From Patescibacteria group bacterium (GTDB lineage Bacteria; Patescibacteriota; Minisyncoccia; Phycocordibacterales; PALSA-1337), in assembly GCA_018971685.1 (NCBI GenBank), contig JAGXAG010000002.1, positions 66,276 to 130,275 of the forward strand: a stretch of 64,000 nt of DNA. Reading direction: 5' to 3'. Under the pieces are notes generated by a model that did not search any database, was not told the DNA's origin, and worked only from the letters and a program-made list of their open reading frames with translations. Shown here one piece after another: positions 57,216 through 64,000 of this stretch. How positions within the stretch are numbered: the first letter of the stretch is position 1; every line of letters starts with the position of its first letter. The translations under genes were made by a program, and so were the position numbers.

Positions 57216-59138
57216 ATGAACTTAATAACAGTCATCCCGATCACTCGTTCAAAAGTGGCCACGAACCTATCGTATTTCACCGCCGCCGAAATACCATTAG
57301 GCGCGCTTGTATCGGTGCCATTGAGATCGAAAACTGTTCACGCCATCGTAACTGAAATAAGACCAGCCGAAGATTTGAAAAGCGAAATCAGGAACGCGCC
57401 GTTCCAGTTCCGCAAATTAGGCAAAGTCAAAGCGGCGGCCTTTTTCCCCGCCTCGTTCATCCGCTCTTGCAACGAGCTTGCCGACTACTACGCAACCACC
57501 ACGGGCGCCGTCATGCGCGGGCTCGTTTCCAATAACATACTTGAAAATTCGGGCAAGATCGCGCCCCCTTTGCCGGCACAGGCCGAGATGTTCGGGGGCT
57601 TGGAGACAGGCCGCGCCACGGCAGACAGAGACCGCGTGTTCGTTGTACAGGGCGATGAGAGCGATCGTATGAGCTCATGGAGAAGCCTTATCCGCCAAGA
57701 ATTCGCGCGCAAGAAATCTGTAGCCGCATACGCACCCACTACCGAAGACGCCAAGAATATTTTTTCCATTTTGGAAAAAGGCATAGAAGAATACATTTTC
57801 CTATTGCATTCCGGCCTGACAAAAAAACAAGTCTTGGACACATGGACCAGAATTGCCGAGACCAAACACCCAACACTTGTAGTAGCCACCGGCTCATTCT
57901 CGGTATTGCCAAGAAACGATATCGAAACGATCATAATCGAACGGGAAAACGGCCGCGGTTGGATATCAGAAAGAGCTCCGTATATGGATATGCGCCGCGC
58001 GCTAGAAACCGTCGCCAGAAACGAAAAGAAAAACATATATATGGCCGATGATCTGCTCGGAGTCGAGACTTTGCATCGCCTCGATGAAGAAAAAGCTGTG
58101 GCCGGTTCCCCTTTCAAATGGAGATCGATCTCGAATGCTCGAGACAGCTTGGTCGATATGCGCGCCAATAAATCCGCCGGAAATGATTTCCGCGTGATAT
58201 CTCCGGAACTCGAAGATCTGGTGAGAAAAGGCCGGGAAGAAAATGTCCACTTATTTATTTTGTCCACCCGGCGCGGTCTTGCTCCGGTTACGGTTTGCGA
58301 TGATTGCGAAACCGTCGTGTCTTGCAAGAATTGTTCCGCGCCGGTGGTGCTGCATACCTCGGCCAAAACTGGCAAAAATTTCTTTTTGTGTCACAAATGC
58401 GGCGAAAAACGCGACACTGAGGAGAGCTGTACTGTCTGCGGCGGCTGGCGATTGACGCCGATCGGCATAGGCGTCGAGAGAGTCACCGCAGAACTCAAGG
58501 CAAAATTCCCACATATGGAAACATTCAGTATCGATGCCGATTCGGTCAAGAATAAAAAACACGCCGAGGAAATCATGGAAAGGTGGCGGGCCCGTCCGGG
58601 ATCGATTTTGGTCGGCACCGAAACGGCGCTGCTTCATTTGTCGGAAAAGGTGGAATATTCGGCAGTAGCTTCGCTTGATTCACTGTTTGCTCTGCCTGAT
58701 TTTCGCATCCAGGAAAGGATTATGTACATGCTTATCCGTTTGCGGTCTCGTACAGAGCGGATGGTCTTGGTTCAGTCGCGCCGATCAGAAGAAAAGGTCT
58801 TTGAATACGGCCTCAAGGGAAATCTTTCAGACTTTTATCGCGGCACGCTTTCGGAACGAAAGTCTTTCGACTATCCGCCGTTCCGCACTCTTATAAAAAT
58901 AACGATCGAAGGCAAGAAAGATCCGATCGCAAAACTGATGTCGGACATACGGGAAACACTCGAGCCGTTCGAAGTCGAGGTTTTTCCGGCTTTTACGGCA
59001 ACGGTGCGCGGCAATTCCATCATTCATGGATTGATTAGGATCGAGACAGACCTTTGGCCTAAACCGGAACTGATCGCAAAATTGCGTTCTTTACCTCCGG
59101 AAGTAAGCGTGAAAGTGGATCCGGAAAGTTTACTCTAG
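57216..59138 (+). CDS. priA: Primosomal protein N' (PriA) homologue with degenerate helicase Walker A/B motifs
   Basis: N-terminal 3'-DNA-binding/winged-helix domain, the Cys-rich zinc-binding region (CDDCETVVSCKNCSAPVVLH...CHKCGEK...CTVCGG) and the C-terminal domain. The expected GxTGSGKT reads GDESDRMS and DEEH reads EREN. Confidence 0.75.
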   Translation: MNLITVIPITRSKVATNLSYFTAAEIPLGALVSVPLRSKTVHAIVTEIRPAEDLKSEIRNAPFQFRKLGKVKAAAFFPASFIRSCNELADYYATTTGAVMRGLVSNNILENSGKIAPPLPAQAEMFGGLETGRATADRDRVFVVQGDESDRMSSWRSLIRQEFARKKSVAAYAPTTEDAKNIFSILEKGIEEYIFLLHSGLTKKQVLDTWTRIAETKHPTLVVATGSFSVLPRNDIETIIIERENGRGWISERAPYMDMRRALETVARNEKKNIYMADDLLGVETLHRLDEEKAVAGSPFKWRSISNARDSLVDMRANKSAGNDFRVISPELEDLVRKGREENVHLFILSTRRGLAPVTVCDDCETVVSCKNCSAPVVLHTSAKTGKNFFLCHKCGEKRDTEESCTVCGGWRLTPIGIGVERVTAELKAKFPHMETFSIDADSVKNKKHAEEIMERWRARPGSILVGTETALLHLSEKVEYSAVASLDSLFALPDFRIQERIMYMLIRLRSRTERMVLVQSRRSEEKVFEYGLKGNLSDFYRGTLSERKSFDYPPFRTLIKITIEGKKDPIAKLMSDIRETLEPFEVEVFPAFTATVRGNSIIHGLIRIETDLWPKPELIAKLRSLPPEVSVKVDPESLL

Positions 59139-59175
59139 TTTTCAAGATCAATAAATTGTGTTATTGTCCAAAGAC

Positions 59176-59709
59176 ATGGAGATCGCACAGCGCGACAATC
59201 CGATTCTGCGCGGCAAAGCCAAGGCAATACCTTTGGATGATATCGGCTCTCCAAAAATTCAGGGCGTAATTGAAAAAATGAAGCTGGCCGTACATTCGCA
59301 AAAAGACGGCATAGCGATCGCGGCGCCGCAGATCGGCGAACTTTTGCAAATATTCGTGGTAAACGGCGAACTTATGAAAGCGGCTGATAAAAACTTCAAA
59401 GGCGGCGGCGCGGATTTGGTCTTCATCAACCCAAAAATCGTAAAGTTGTCTAAAGACAGGAGAGAGATGGAAGAGGGTTGTCTGTCGGTGCGCTGGCTTT
59501 ACGGCAAAGTCAAGCGCTCGACGCGGGCGTCTCTGGCGGCTTATGACGAAAAAGGAAACAAGATCAATCGCGGCGCATCGGGGCTTTTGGCGCAGATATT
59601 CCAGCATGAATGCGACCATTTGGAAGGCATTTTATTCACGGACAAGGCGAAAAAGGTTTGGGAAATGGCGCCGGAGGAAATTGAAGGGCTGAAAAACAGC
59701 GTCACATGA
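59176..59709 (+). CDS. def: Peptide deformylase
   Basis: GIAIAAPQIG, EGCLSV and QHECDHLEG motifs. The ATG at 59176 is preferred over the GTG at 59158. Confidence 0.85.
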   Translation: MEIAQRDNPILRGKAKAIPLDDIGSPKIQGVIEKMKLAVHSQKDGIAIAAPQIGELLQIFVVNGELMKAADKNFKGGGADLVFINPKIVKLSKDRREMEEGCLSVRWLYGKVKRSTRASLAAYDEKGNKINRGASGLLAQIFQHECDHLEGILFTDKAKKVWEMAPEEIEGLKNSVT

Positions 59710-60668
59710 AAGATGCGATTTGTTTTTCGAAAACCGTGTATTACGATGAAATGAGCAATGAAAATATAAAATTTGCGTTTTTCGGATCTTCGAGATTTTC
59801 TGTAATTGTGCTCGATGAATTGGAAATGGCCGGATTTGTACCAGAATGCGTAGTCACCGTGCCAGACAAGCCGACCGGAAGGAAAATGAAAATTACGCCG
59901 ACGGAAGTGAAAAAATGGGCGCAAAAGAGGAACATAAAAATTTATGCTCCGGAAAGATTGAGCATCGCAAAAGACGGCAGCCGACCCAATGGCAAAGCGG
60001 CGCAAAATGCGGCCGGTGAATTTTCCGAAGAATTGGCAAAAGAAAATTGCGAGGTTTTCATCGTGGCGTCTTACGGAAAAATCATCCCAAGCAACATCAT
60101 AAAAATTCCGCCCAGAAGGACGCTGAATGTGCATCCTTCCCTTTTGCCGAAATACCGCGGCGCGTCGCCTTTGCAATCGGTAATAATCGCTGATGACAAA
60201 AATACCGGCGTAACCGTTATTGAAATCGACGAGCAAATGGACCATGGACCGATCGTGGCACAAGAGAAAATATCGATAAATGAATGGCTACCATACGAAG
60301 AATTCGAAGAGAAAATGGCGCGCGCCGGCGGGGTATTGCTGTCAAGAATATTGCCCGACTGGATCGCCGGCAATATTGCCGCGGTCGAGCAAGATCATTT
60401 CGCGGCCACTTATACGAAAAAGATAGCCAAAGAAGACGGATTGATCGACTTGAACGGCGATCCTTATCTCAATTTCAGGAAAATCCAAGCTTACCATGAA
60501 TGGCCTCAAACCTATTTCTTCGCGGAAAAAGGCGACAGAAAGATCCGCGTCAAAGTGGCGCGCGCTTCATTCAAGGACGGAAAACTGTTTATCGAGGCGG
60601 TAGTGCCTGAAGGCCGGAAAGAGATGCCTTATTGTAGTTTTCGCCAATCGTTTGGATCCGGTTATTGA
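59706..60668 (+). CDS. fmt: Methionyl-tRNA formyltransferase
   Basis: NVHPSLLPKYRGASPLQ (SLLP motif), the formyl-transferase N-domain and a C-terminal domain. The ATGA overlap with the def stop suggests translational coupling; the true start may be the internal M at 59751. Confidence 0.85.
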   Translation: MKDAICFSKTVYYDEMSNENIKFAFFGSSRFSVIVLDELEMAGFVPECVVTVPDKPTGRKMKITPTEVKKWAQKRNIKIYAPERLSIAKDGSRPNGKAAQNAAGEFSEELAKENCEVFIVASYGKIIPSNIIKIPPRRTLNVHPSLLPKYRGASPLQSVIIADDKNTGVTVIEIDEQMDHGPIVAQEKISINEWLPYEEFEEKMARAGGVLLSRILPDWIAGNIAAVEQDHFAATYTKKIAKEDGLIDLNGDPYLNFRKIQAYHEWPQTYFFAEKGDRKIRVKVARASFKDGKLFIEAVVPEGRKEMPYCSFRQSFGSGY

Positions 60669-60856
60669 GATAATAAATGACAACCCAGAAACACAACACG
60701 CCCATAAAGGCTATACAGATCCATTGATTGACCGGCTCTTTTATCGCCGCTAAGCTGAAGAAAGACTCTTTTGGCATTGAATTACGGAAAAATAAAAAAC
60801 AGATGTTAAAAAGTGAAGTTATTCAATAAAATCTTACACTCATACATTTTAACTTT

Positions 60857-61225
60857 TTATCTCCACGGCCACAAGCCTTTCACCATGGATTTGACCCTGG
60901 CACCACCGCGGCGGATGAGGGAGATGCGTTTCTCTTTTTTTGCTTTCAATTCGCGTAATATTTCGTCGCGCGCGTCGTCTATGGCGGCGTAAAGATCCGC
61001 TTTGTTGGAAACGGCATAAAGGTTTTTGCCTGAACCGACGATGTGTATTTCCGCCTTGAATATGTCGCCTTTCTGATGATGTTCAGTCGTTTTGGCGAGT
61101 TCCATGTCGCACCGTATCGATGGATCTCGGCCGAGCATGGCGGTTATTTTCTTTAGTCTTTTATTGGCATAATCCGATATTGCCGGAGACAAAGCGATAT
61201 TTGTGCTCTTTATGTTTGTGTTCAT
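60857..61225 (-). CDS. hpf: Ribosome hibernation promoting factor / RaiA family
   Basis: MNTNIKSTNIALSPAISDYANKRLKKI ... DLYAAIDDARDEILRELKAKKEK matches HPF/YfiA. Confidence 0.8.
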   Translation of the reverse strand: MNTNIKSTNIALSPAISDYANKRLKKITAMLGRDPSIRCDMELAKTTEHHQKGDIFKAEIHIVGSGKNLYAVSNKADLYAAIDDARDEILRELKAKKEKRISLIRRGGARVKSMVKGLWPWR

Positions 61226-61267
61226 GGTTTTATATTAAATTATAATTCGTAAATATTCCTAAATCTG

Positions 61268-61834
61268 TCATTTTCCATACTTTCCCACCAGCTCTCCGTC
61301 CGCCAAAATATGTCCAGCCATCACTTTATACACTTCGTCTTTTGTCGCACCTTCCGATAGCGATAACATTATATCAAGAGCGTAAACTTTGAAATAGTAC
61401 CGGTGAATGCCACTTGGCGGACACGGTCCGACATAAGTCAGATTGTCACCGCTGCCTTTGCCGTGAATGCCCGCCGGCTCTTCGTCCTCGCCTATGGCAG
61501 CTGTTTTCGGGTTAATATTGAAGACAATCCAGTGGTCCCAAGTACCCATGGGCGCATCGGGATCTTCCATAATAAGTGTTAGAGACTTGGCACTATCAGG
61601 CACGCCGGTAATAGACAGCGGTGGGCTGATGTTTTTGCCTTTGCAAGTATACACTTCCGGAATCGATCCGCCGTTATGGAAAGCGGCGCTGGTTATTTTT
61701 AATGCGGTAGACATTGTTCTTATAACACTGACATTGTCTGAGTTACTTAAATATACGAGCCATGTGCACGCCGCGATGCACAAAATAAAAACTCCGGACA
61801 CAATCGCGGCAGTTTTTGCGGTTTGAATGCTCAT
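61268..61834 (-). CDS. YbhB/YbcL-family PEBP (Raf kinase inhibitor-like) protein, membrane-anchored
   Basis: EDPDAP, GTWDHWIVFNI and YVGPCPPSGIHRYYFKVYALD are PEBP signatures. N-terminal TM helix. Confidence 0.75.
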   Translation of the reverse strand: MSIQTAKTAAIVSGVFILCIAACTWLVYLSNSDNVSVIRTMSTALKITSAAFHNGGSIPEVYTCKGKNISPPLSITGVPDSAKSLTLIMEDPDAPMGTWDHWIVFNINPKTAAIGEDEEPAGIHGKGSGDNLTYVGPCPPSGIHRYYFKVYALDIMLSLSEGATKDEVYKVMAGHILADGELVGKYGK

Positions 61835-61881
61835 GCATATTATGATACATTAGTTTGCATAGTCCATTGAGGAAATAATAT

Positions 61882-61953
61882 TCCGGAGTAGCTCAGCGGT
61901 AGAGCAGTCGCCTGTTAAGCGATTGGTCGCTGGTTCGAATCCAGCCTCCGGAG
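61882..61953 (+). tRNA. tRNA-Asn (anticodon GTT)
   Basis: Acceptor TCCGGAG/CTCCGGA, anticodon stem GTCGC/GCGAT with loop CTGTTAA, T-arm GCTGG-TTCGAAT-CCAGC, discriminator G. Confidence 0.85.
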
Positions 61954-63582
61954 CCCTAGTGACGAAACAGGCACAGAAAGCCTGTTTTGTTTTGTCAGCA
62001 TTGGCTTTTCGGAGGTTCGAGCGCGCTCGATTTCTCTTTCGATGGCATCGCGCGCTTTTATGAGGCTCAAAAAGAAAGAACTGTACGTAATCGTCAGTTT
62101 TTTGCCGGAAATGATGAGGTTCGAGCCGAGGCATGCCAATATCGCTCTTTTGATGTTTTCGTCCCCGTTTTCAAACCAAATATGGGCGTAGCAGGCAAAG
62201 TCAAAGGTTGCCTCGGAAAGCTCGGCCCATTGTTCTACAGCTTTGTTTTTGACCTTCAATTCGTCCTCTAGGATGCCTTTGCGTTTGAGCAGGTCTGATT
62301 TCAACGTCTGGTATTCCTGGTCGCTTATAAGACTTCGATCTTTATTCCCAGGTGCGGTGAAGTTGAGGGTTAATGACTGAAGCTGTTGGGTTACTTCCTC
62401 GCACTCTTTGTGCTTGGTCTTGAGCGCTATGGAATCGCTCTCAGCCTCATTCTTGCGTATCTCGTGAATATGTTTGACCGCCCAGTCGCGGTATTCTTCG
62501 GAAATCTTTATGTCTTTTAGTATGCCTTTGATCTGTAGGTGTAGATTCTTAACCTCAAGGTGCCTCTCGGTGCACGGCGTGTCATATTTCTTTTTCGTGC
62601 AATTGTAGTAAATGTAATGATGGACATTGCCATTCTTGCAATGTTTTTCCTTGGCCTGCGCCGTGATCCGGCAACCGCAGGTGCCGCACCTCATAAGGCC
62701 AGTAAAGGCGAATAGTCTTTCCTGTGACAGCTTGTGCGGACGAGGCTGGCTAGTCCGGCCCATGATCTTTTGGACCTTGTCGAATTCGTCTTTGGTGATC
62801 ATCGGCTCATGTGCTCCCTTATGCCAGTTACCGCTATGCAAAGGAAATTCAAACCAGCCGTAATAAAAGGGATTGCTTAAAAGCGCGTAGACGCCGGACC
62901 GGGACAGATGATGGCCGCCAATAGCACGGCGTGGCACGGTCTTCAGATTCAATTCTTTCCTTGAAATATTCCAGATCTGAACGATTGAATAGTTGCCGGT
63001 AAGGATAAGGTCAAAGAGTCTGCGAACCAACGGGAATCGCTCGGGATCTGTTTCAAGCGTCTTATAACCCTTCTCTTTGTTGGGAGTATTCAGATATCCG
63101 ATCGGCGCGCCGCTTGGCATCCAGCCGTCGCGGACCTTCTTTTGCAAACCTCTTTTTACGTTGACCGAAAGGTCCCGGATGAATTGATTAGCCATGCCCA
63201 GTTCGACCTGCATCATGAGCACATTGTCTGTCGGATAATATGTTCGGCCGAAGGTGACGATTTGAGAAATGGCACTCTGCTGTAGCATCCAGCTTATCTG
63301 ACCACCATCAACCGGATTGCGTGCCAAGCGGTCCAACTTCCAGCACAAGATTCCGTTCGCCTCACCCTTATAGATTCGTTCAAGCATGGAGTTGAAAACC
63401 TTTCTGCCCGGCTTCTTGGCCGACTGTGATTCTTCGAGAATATCCACGACTTTCAAGCCTTGGTCCTTGGCAATCTTCAAAAGCTCGTCTTTCTGGGCAT
63501 CAATAGACGCCGCCTGACGATCTTCCGCCTCGCTCGATTTTCGGGCGTAGAGGATGTATTTAGTTGCTTGTGTGTTATTCAT
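61915..63582 (-). CDS. Large serine recombinase (resolvase/invertase N-domain, recombinase domain, zinc ribbon), presumably an integrase
   Basis: YARKSSEAEDRQAASIDAQ (catalytic Ser region), a recombinase domain, and the Cys cluster CGTCGC...C. The last 12 codons (LRRLDSNQRPIA) are encoded antisense to the 3' half of tRNA-Asn. Confidence 0.85.
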   Translation of the reverse strand: MNNTQATKYILYARKSSEAEDRQAASIDAQKDELLKIAKDQGLKVVDILEESQSAKKPGRKVFNSMLERIYKGEANGILCWKLDRLARNPVDGGQISWMLQQSAISQIVTFGRTYYPTDNVLMMQVELGMANQFIRDLSVNVKRGLQKKVRDGWMPSGAPIGYLNTPNKEKGYKTLETDPERFPLVRRLFDLILTGNYSIVQIWNISRKELNLKTVPRRAIGGHHLSRSGVYALLSNPFYYGWFEFPLHSGNWHKGAHEPMITKDEFDKVQKIMGRTSQPRPHKLSQERLFAFTGLMRCGTCGCRITAQAKEKHCKNGNVHHYIYYNCTKKKYDTPCTERHLEVKNLHLQIKGILKDIKISEEYRDWAVKHIHEIRKNEAESDSIALKTKHKECEEVTQQLQSLTLNFTAPGNKDRSLISDQEYQTLKSDLLKRKGILEDELKVKNKAVEQWAELSEATFDFACYAHIWFENGDENIKRAILACLGSNLIISGKKLTITYSSFFLSLIKARDAIEREIERARTSEKPMLTKQNRLSVPVSSLGLRRLDSNQRPIA

Positions 63583-63717
63583 AAAATTTACCTTTACGTA
63601 TGGATTCTGTGCTACCCTTGACTATATACTATTATGGTGATATAATGGAGCGGTAGACAGTCAGGTTAGCCGTTCCGGCCTAACCCCTTCAAAACCAAAC
63701 CAAGAAAGGATTAGCAC

Positions 63718-64000
63718 ATGAAAAAGAGTATCCTGTTCGGATTGATGCTGGTTGGCATCGCCGTCCTTATGGCCGGTTGCGCTGCGGGACACAATCCCTC
63801 GGTTCACACGGCTAACGAAGTCGGCAACGTCGCCGGTTTCTGGCGTGGCCTTTGGCACGGCATGATCTGCCCAATCACGTTTATCATCTCGCTGTTTTCG
63901 GATAACGTAAGCATTTACGAAATCCACAACAATGGCGGATGGTATAACTTCGGCTTCCTGCTCGGTGCCGGCTCTGCCCTTGGCGGTAGCGGCGCGAGCG
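63718..64000 (+). CDS. Putative lipoprotein with a glycine-zipper tail (partial; runs off the window end)
   Basis: MKKSILFGLMLVGIAVLMAGC (lipobox LMAGC) ... GFLLGAGSALGGSGAS. Higher GC than its surroundings. Not in the ORF track because the stop lies outside the window. Confidence 0.4.
   Translation, partial: MKKSILFGLMLVGIAVLMAGCAAGHNPSVHTANEVGNVAGFWRGLWHGMICPITFIISLFSDNVSIYEIHNNGGWYNFGFLLGAGSALGGSGAS

Larger units (their letters stand above)
61882..64000. mobile_element. Left edge of a putative tRNA-Asn-integrated element (serine-recombinase type) that continues beyond the window end
   Basis: The recombinase abuts and overlaps the tRNA 3' end, and the first downstream gene (63718+) has noticeably higher GC with different codon usage. 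Confidence 0.45.

Noticed and set aside
61850-62134. A 94-aa ORF on the minus strand overlapping tRNA-Asn
   Set aside because: It is antisense to a confident tRNA and out of frame with the recombinase, so it is spurious.

Overview
This 64-kb window is mostly conserved housekeeping genes from a compact bacterial genome, with few RBSs and several leaderless promoters. Gene content and the archaeal-type PGI/PMI are consistent with a reduced-genome lineage such as Patescibacteria/CPR, but that is an inference only. Core genes annotated by hand:
- Translation and ribosome: infB-rbfA; the alpha-operon tail infA-rpmJ-rpsM-rpsK-rpsD-rpoA-rplQ; rplM-rpsI; rplU, rplI, rpmA; cysS, gltX, trpS; def-fmt; hpf; secG.
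- Chaperones: grpE, dnaK, a zinc-finger-less dnaJ, and groES-groEL.
- Replication and repair: dnaB, recR, rmuC, priA, holB, scpAB, and a topA N-terminal fragment.
- Cell wall and shape: murG-ftsW, murA, mreB, an M23 peptidase, a CtpA S41 protease, and an SLT-like protein.
- Metabolism and transport: gap, pyrD, PGI/PMI, RNase J, a family-5 ABC substrate-binding protein, an MFS transporter, a CorA-like protein, DedA, a PAP2 protein, a PmtA-like methyltransferase, GT4 and GT2 glycosyltransferases, and an ECF-like sigma factor.
- Six tRNAs: Lys-CTT, Leu-TAG, Cys-GCA, Leu-TAA, Asn-GTT.
Accessory content:
- An IS3-family IS (orfA/orfB with an A8 slippery site) sits directly upstream of infA.
- A HepT/MntA toxin-antitoxin pair with a DUF167 gene and an XRE HTH gene lies between grpE and dnaK.
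- A HicAB pair lies next to infB.
- A degenerate-NUDIX gene and a DinD/Bro-N-like gene follow a tRNA pair.
- A large serine recombinase abuts tRNA-Asn at the window end, with its last 12 codons encoded antisense to the tRNA. This looks like the edge of an integrated element, and the first cargo gene is a higher-GC lipoprotein.
The most unusual signal is a family of GC-rich, hairpin-forming repeats with shared core motifs (TCGCTTCGCTCG, TTCGACAC, CTCGACGGTCGCCGC, CTCGGAGGCCG). They fill the groES-groEL and dnaK-dnaJ spacers and sit in frame, without stop codons, inside topA, pyrD and infB. They are probably also the origin of the Arg/Pro-rich N-terminal extension of RNase J. This resembles the Rickettsia palindromic elements. 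Other oddities include a 108-bp nested palindrome between two tRNAs, a PriA with degenerate Walker A/B motifs, and a CorA with AAN in place of GMN. No CRISPR array or rRNA was seen.
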